In this document: positions 35,558 to 38,973 of the stretch, piece by piece
How positions within the stretch are numbered: the first letter of the stretch is position 1
How the letters are laid out: each line of letters opens with the position of its first letter
Source of the DNA: Candidatus Woesearchaeota archaeon
Lineage (GTDB): Archaea > Nanobdellota > Nanobdellia > Woesearchaeales > WJKL01
NCBI GenBank assembly: GCA_018221125.1
Contig: JAAOYC010000032.1
Span: 1 to 38,973, forward strand
Length of the DNA stretch: 38,973 bases
Direction of reading: 5' to 3'
The notes under the pieces: model-generated
The model's database searches: none
What the model saw: the letters and a program-made list of their open reading frames with translations, nothing else
What the model was told of the DNA's origin: nothing
Translations under genes and position numbers: made by a program

Positions 35558-35597
35558 GTAGCCCCGTTTTAGTAGTTAAAACCCAAAGGTTTATAAA
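35558..35597 (+). promoter_or_regulatory. extended promoter motif shared with 29891-29931
   Basis: GTAGCCCCGTTTTAGTAGTTAAAACCCAAAGGTTTATAAA. Confidence 0.65.
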
Positions 35598-35630
35598 TAA
35601 AGATAACTAATCTATTTTAGTGATTTTAAG

Positions 35631-36353
35631 ATGTTTTTAACTGTTAAACCTCAAGAAGGCAAAGGACTCGAAAATGCTATTAATGTTAGCAGCCACGGGA
35701 CTAAGCCATATAATAGATTCAGTCCATTTACTTACTCTACAGATATTCTAATACCTGTGCCTGAACAGGATGATATTTATGCAAACAGCGTGGAATCAAT
35801 ATGGCAGGGGCTTAAGCTAATTGACAAACAGGTTGATTTTGAGAGGTTTACTAAAAAGCCAAAAAAAAGAAGGGGAAATGTCCAAGGGCACATGTATGGC
35901 AAGAATATTCTGGATATTGTTTCTGCAAGAGAGCAGATATACAAACCTTCTTATCTTTTTTATGTTGAAAATTTTGTTCCATCTGAGATAAAAGAAGATG
36001 TTCTTGCAAAGGCGCTTGAACACGAGGTTGCCTTTTATGATGTTGAATCAAATATAAACATTAAAGATATTTCTGCTCCGCTGGCTCATTCAGTTTTCCT
36101 AAAAATGTTTTTTGATGACTATTTGGGAAGAAGGCTGGAAGATGTTAGAACAAATATAGACGGCGAATATCAAAAACAGGAATTTAAGCATGAGACACTG
36201 GCAGAGCCATTGGCAAGGGCATTGAGATTATATGCGGACTCTTCTGAAGTTGACAAGATGCTAATGGAACATTTGCTGGCAAAAGAGCATGATTTAGACA
36301 AGTTCCATAAAAGATATTATTCTAATCTGTTAGAAAAGATAAATTCCTTATAG
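35631..36353 (+). CDS. DUF6939/NADAR-like protein
   Basis: FSPF, NSVESIWQGLK, AREQIYKPSY, PLAH motifs. Confidence 0.6.
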   Translation: MFLTVKPQEGKGLENAINVSSHGTKPYNRFSPFTYSTDILIPVPEQDDIYANSVESIWQGLKLIDKQVDFERFTKKPKKRRGNVQGHMYGKNILDIVSAREQIYKPSYLFYVENFVPSEIKEDVLAKALEHEVAFYDVESNINIKDISAPLAHSVFLKMFFDDYLGRRLEDVRTNIDGEYQKQEFKHETLAEPLARALRLYADSSEVDKMLMEHLLAKEHDLDKFHKRYYSNLLEKINSL

Positions 36354-37334
36354 CTGATCTAATTTCTTCCGCAGGATGTAATACCCTTTTCTTTGAATAA
36401 GATTGTGAAGAGTTATGTCTCCTTCTGCTGCAAAGTGAGTTGGCCTGTTCTTCTCAAACTTCATCCACATCCTGCTGGCAGGATAAATTATCTTCACAAT
36501 TATGACATCTGTTGCTGCGCCGGATCCTACCAGATGCCTGATTTGCATTTCACTCATTCTAGAATAATCCATTGGCTCTAGCAGATAGATATAAGGATCA
36601 AGCTTGTTCTTTCTCAAAAACGCCTTATCATGTTCAATTATGTCTGCTGCATCCTTGTTTGTAAAATGATACCCTAGGATTTCTACATTAGTTCCTTTTA
36701 ATGTGCAGCCCTGCACAGGTCTCGAATCCCTGAATATCTGGTTTCCTTTTATTTCCACAGTGATTTTGTTTGAAACCAGACTTCCTTTCTCAATCAGTTT
36801 AGCAAGCCTGACATAGTCTCCCTTTATCCCTTTTCCGGGCTTTATACTCTGATATTCCTCTATGTTTTTCAGATATTCTGTAAAACATTTCTCCAGCTCC
36901 TGCAGCAAGACAACCATCTGCCTTATTCCTTGGCTGTAAGCAGAATCTACCTCATTTTTTAATTGCTCCCAGTCTAATGGGGTTTTATCCAATATAACAG
37001 ATATTGTGCCTTTTTCTCCTAGCCATGGATTGGAAAGCTTTGAGATTATATTATTTTCGTAGATTTTTATTTGCCCTTCAATCTGATTTATTTTTGATAC
37101 AAATATAGAGTCTAGTCTCTTCAGAGTATCAAGAAGATGTATCAATTTTTCTTCAAACCTGTGCTCTCTCTTTAATGTCCTTGAGCAGGCATTTGCATAT
37201 ACTCTTGACTGCGCTTCGTTTCTTGAGCTAACAAATTTTTTTAATTTTTCAAGAAAATGGGATTCAAGCATTATCCATTTCTTTTCCCTTTCAATCAGCC
37301 TGATTATTTTTTTGATGGCATCTATTGTTTCCAT
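36348..37334 (-). CDS. helical N-terminal domain plus C-terminal ADP-ribosyltransferase-like domain
   Basis: GYHFT....A..I....F....PYIYL...EGDITL; start ATG 37334 couples to the TrmB stop (TAATG). Confidence 0.55.
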   Translation of the reverse strand: METIDAIKKIIRLIEREKKWIMLESHFLEKLKKFVSSRNEAQSRVYANACSRTLKREHRFEEKLIHLLDTLKRLDSIFVSKINQIEGQIKIYENNIISKLSNPWLGEKGTISVILDKTPLDWEQLKNEVDSAYSQGIRQMVVLLQELEKCFTEYLKNIEEYQSIKPGKGIKGDYVRLAKLIEKGSLVSNKITVEIKGNQIFRDSRPVQGCTLKGTNVEILGYHFTNKDAADIIEHDKAFLRKNKLDPYIYLLEPMDYSRMSEMQIRHLVGSGAATDVIIVKIIYPASRMWMKFEKNRPTHFAAEGDITLHNLIQRKGYYILRKKLDQL

Positions 37335-38059
37335 TATTCTTTTCCAACCTTCCAAAGCAATTCAAATAATTTTCTTTCTGTTTCAGCAATTTCTTTGTTG
37401 TCTATAATAACTCCAATAGAATTCTCTTTTTCAAAGGTTAAGGTTGCAACTTTATTGCCATAGATTATCTTTGTTGTTGGCAATCTTTCATTGATGAATT
37501 TTAAGTCAACAGATTTTCGAGGATTTTTCTTCTGGTAATTCCTCATTCTTTTGCAGTCTAATGTTATTACTTTGGAAAACATCCCAAGTTTTCTCTTTTT
37601 CCTGATAAAATGAGGAAAATAAAAAGGCAGAGCATCCATGAAATTAGGGTCTGCTATAAACCATGTTTCTTTTTTGTGCTTTAATATATCTTCTAAGACT
37701 GTTTTTAGGCCAGCAATGCCTTCATATAATTCTATAGCAGGCTTTGCTTTTACTGATTCTTTTAATGCTTCTAATTCAGGAAGGATTGATTTAAGTTTAA
37801 CCTCTTTTTCCTGCAAATCACCCAGGAATTTTCTAGGAGCAGCTGATTCAAAATATTTAACTCCTGACTTTATAACATAGCTAACTAATCCTTTTTCCTG
37901 AAGATATTTCAAAACATCATAGCAAGTTACCCTATTAAGCCTGGATTTTTTTGCAATTGCATTGACTGCTGACTGGCCTAAGGATAATAGAGTAAGATAT
38001 ACTTTTATTTCCTTGTCTGATAATCCTAAATCCCTTAAGATTGCTTGTTTTTCAGGCAT
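37334..38059 (-). CDS. TrmB-family transcriptional regulator
   Basis: LGLSDKEIKVYLTLL...RVTCYDVLKYLQEKGLVSY, YEGIAG, IIYGNKV...FELLW. Confidence 0.9.
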   Translation of the reverse strand: MPEKQAILRDLGLSDKEIKVYLTLLSLGQSAVNAIAKKSRLNRVTCYDVLKYLQEKGLVSYVIKSGVKYFESAAPRKFLGDLQEKEVKLKSILPELEALKESVKAKPAIELYEGIAGLKTVLEDILKHKKETWFIADPNFMDALPFYFPHFIRKKRKLGMFSKVITLDCKRMRNYQKKNPRKSVDLKFINERLPTTKIIYGNKVATLTFEKENSIGVIIDNKEIAETERKLFELLWKVGKE

Positions 38060-38083
38060 TTTAGGTTATTTTATGTTTAAATC

Positions 38084-38124
38084 TATATAAAGTTGTCGAT
38101 TTTCTACAACAAAGGTTAATAAAA
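38084..38124. promoter_or_regulatory. divergent promoter with palindrome (candidate TrmB site)
   Basis: GTTGT-N9-ACAAC (38092-38110) between two TATA-like boxes. Confidence 0.55.
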
Positions 38125-38175
38125 CAAGTTGTGCTAACTAGTTAGTAAGGAAAGGGAATTAATGAGGAAAATAAA

Positions 38176-38661
38176 ATGGAAAGAATAACACAAAAGGAAT
38201 TGATTGGAAAGTTACAAAAAGGAGATTATAAACTAAATGATCTTTTTATTAGTGAAGTTATTGTACTTGATGATACCTTGTGGGGATTAGAAAACGGAGT
38301 TTACAAACCACTAGGTGAATTACAAATAGCTATGCAATATTCCAATGGAACATACCAAAATGCACATAATGAACCAAGTTATACCGCATATGATATGCTT
38401 TCAGTACTTAGCCATGATTTTTCTAATGGGACTATCTCCAGATACGATGACGGTTCTCCTTCTAACTTAGAGGATCATGTTGGTTACATAAAAGAAAAAC
38501 ATTTATTCGTACGTTCAGAGGGTCAAAGTGGTATCATAAGTGCCAGAAGAGTTATACAAGAATTTATCACCAAATTTTTAGATGTGTATCAAAAAAGGCA
38601 CGAATTGAAAAATGATGAGGCTAAAGAATGTCTTCAAAAAAGCTTTGTAAAATATGACTAA
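38176..38661 (+). CDS. hypothetical protein (161 aa)
   Basis: GAGG RBS; divergent from TrmB. Confidence 0.7.
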   Translation: MERITQKELIGKLQKGDYKLNDLFISEVIVLDDTLWGLENGVYKPLGELQIAMQYSNGTYQNAHNEPSYTAYDMLSVLSHDFSNGTISRYDDGSPSNLEDHVGYIKEKHLFVRSEGQSGIISARRVIQEFITKFLDVYQKRHELKNDEAKECLQKSFVKYD

Positions 38662-38687
38662 AAGAATTATTAGATAGGTGATAAAAT

Positions 38688-38973
38688 ATGGAAAATGAAA
38701 ACCAAAAATTTCAAGAAGCAGTAGATTACTTTAATCAGAAGCTCAAAGAAGCAGGAGTAGAAGAACTTAGAATTGACTGTTACCAGTGTGATGATGTGCT
38801 GCTACTTAGCTACCTCCTTCCTGAATCTGATACAGGAAGAAGTATGACTTTATTCATGGACTTGAAAGATCCAATTTTTTTACGAGGCATTTCTGGCAGA
38901 GCTGAGACTCTTGCAGAAATAGTAGATAAAGGCAGTTTAGGACATGTGCTAGTGCAGTCAGACGGATGTAACG
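38688..38973 (+). CDS. hypothetical protein, 3' truncated by window edge
   Basis: GGTGA RBS, then MENENQKFQEAVDYF... open to the end of the window. Confidence 0.7.
   Translation, partial: MENENQKFQEAVDYFNQKLKEAGVEELRIDCYQCDDVLLLSYLLPESDTGRSMTLFMDLKDPIFLRGISGRAETLAEIVDKGSLGHVLVQSDGCN

Overview
AT-rich, densely coding archaeal chromosomal DNA, most consistent with a DPANN archaeon (Woesearchaeota/Pacearchaeota-like). That assignment is inferred from BRE/TATA promoters (AAGGTTTATAAA about 21-25 bp before many ATGs), GGTGA/GGAGG ribosome-binding sites, a form III RuBisCO, TrmB and AbrB-PhoU regulators, MNT/HEPN genes and an acidic S-layer-like protein. About 50 CDS; no rRNA, tRNA, CRISPR array, integrase, transposase or reverse transcriptase was recognised. 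The strongest signal is two independent cargo blocks (about 1.0 kb and 8.6 kb). Each lies between an intact gene 3' end and a 44-45 bp orphan copy of that end that differs only at synonymous positions. The larger block holds a 10-gene ORFan array whose junctions repeat a stop/SD/start motif, up to 26 bp identical. Other candidates are a transglutaminase-like protein with a bacterial-type beta-barrel C-terminus, a tail-to-tail ADP-ribosyltransferase-like/NADAR-like pair, a tandem Fis-HTH protein with a candidate TGTGAC-N6-GTCACA operator, and several shared promoter motifs. All family calls come from motifs read by eye; no database searches were run.
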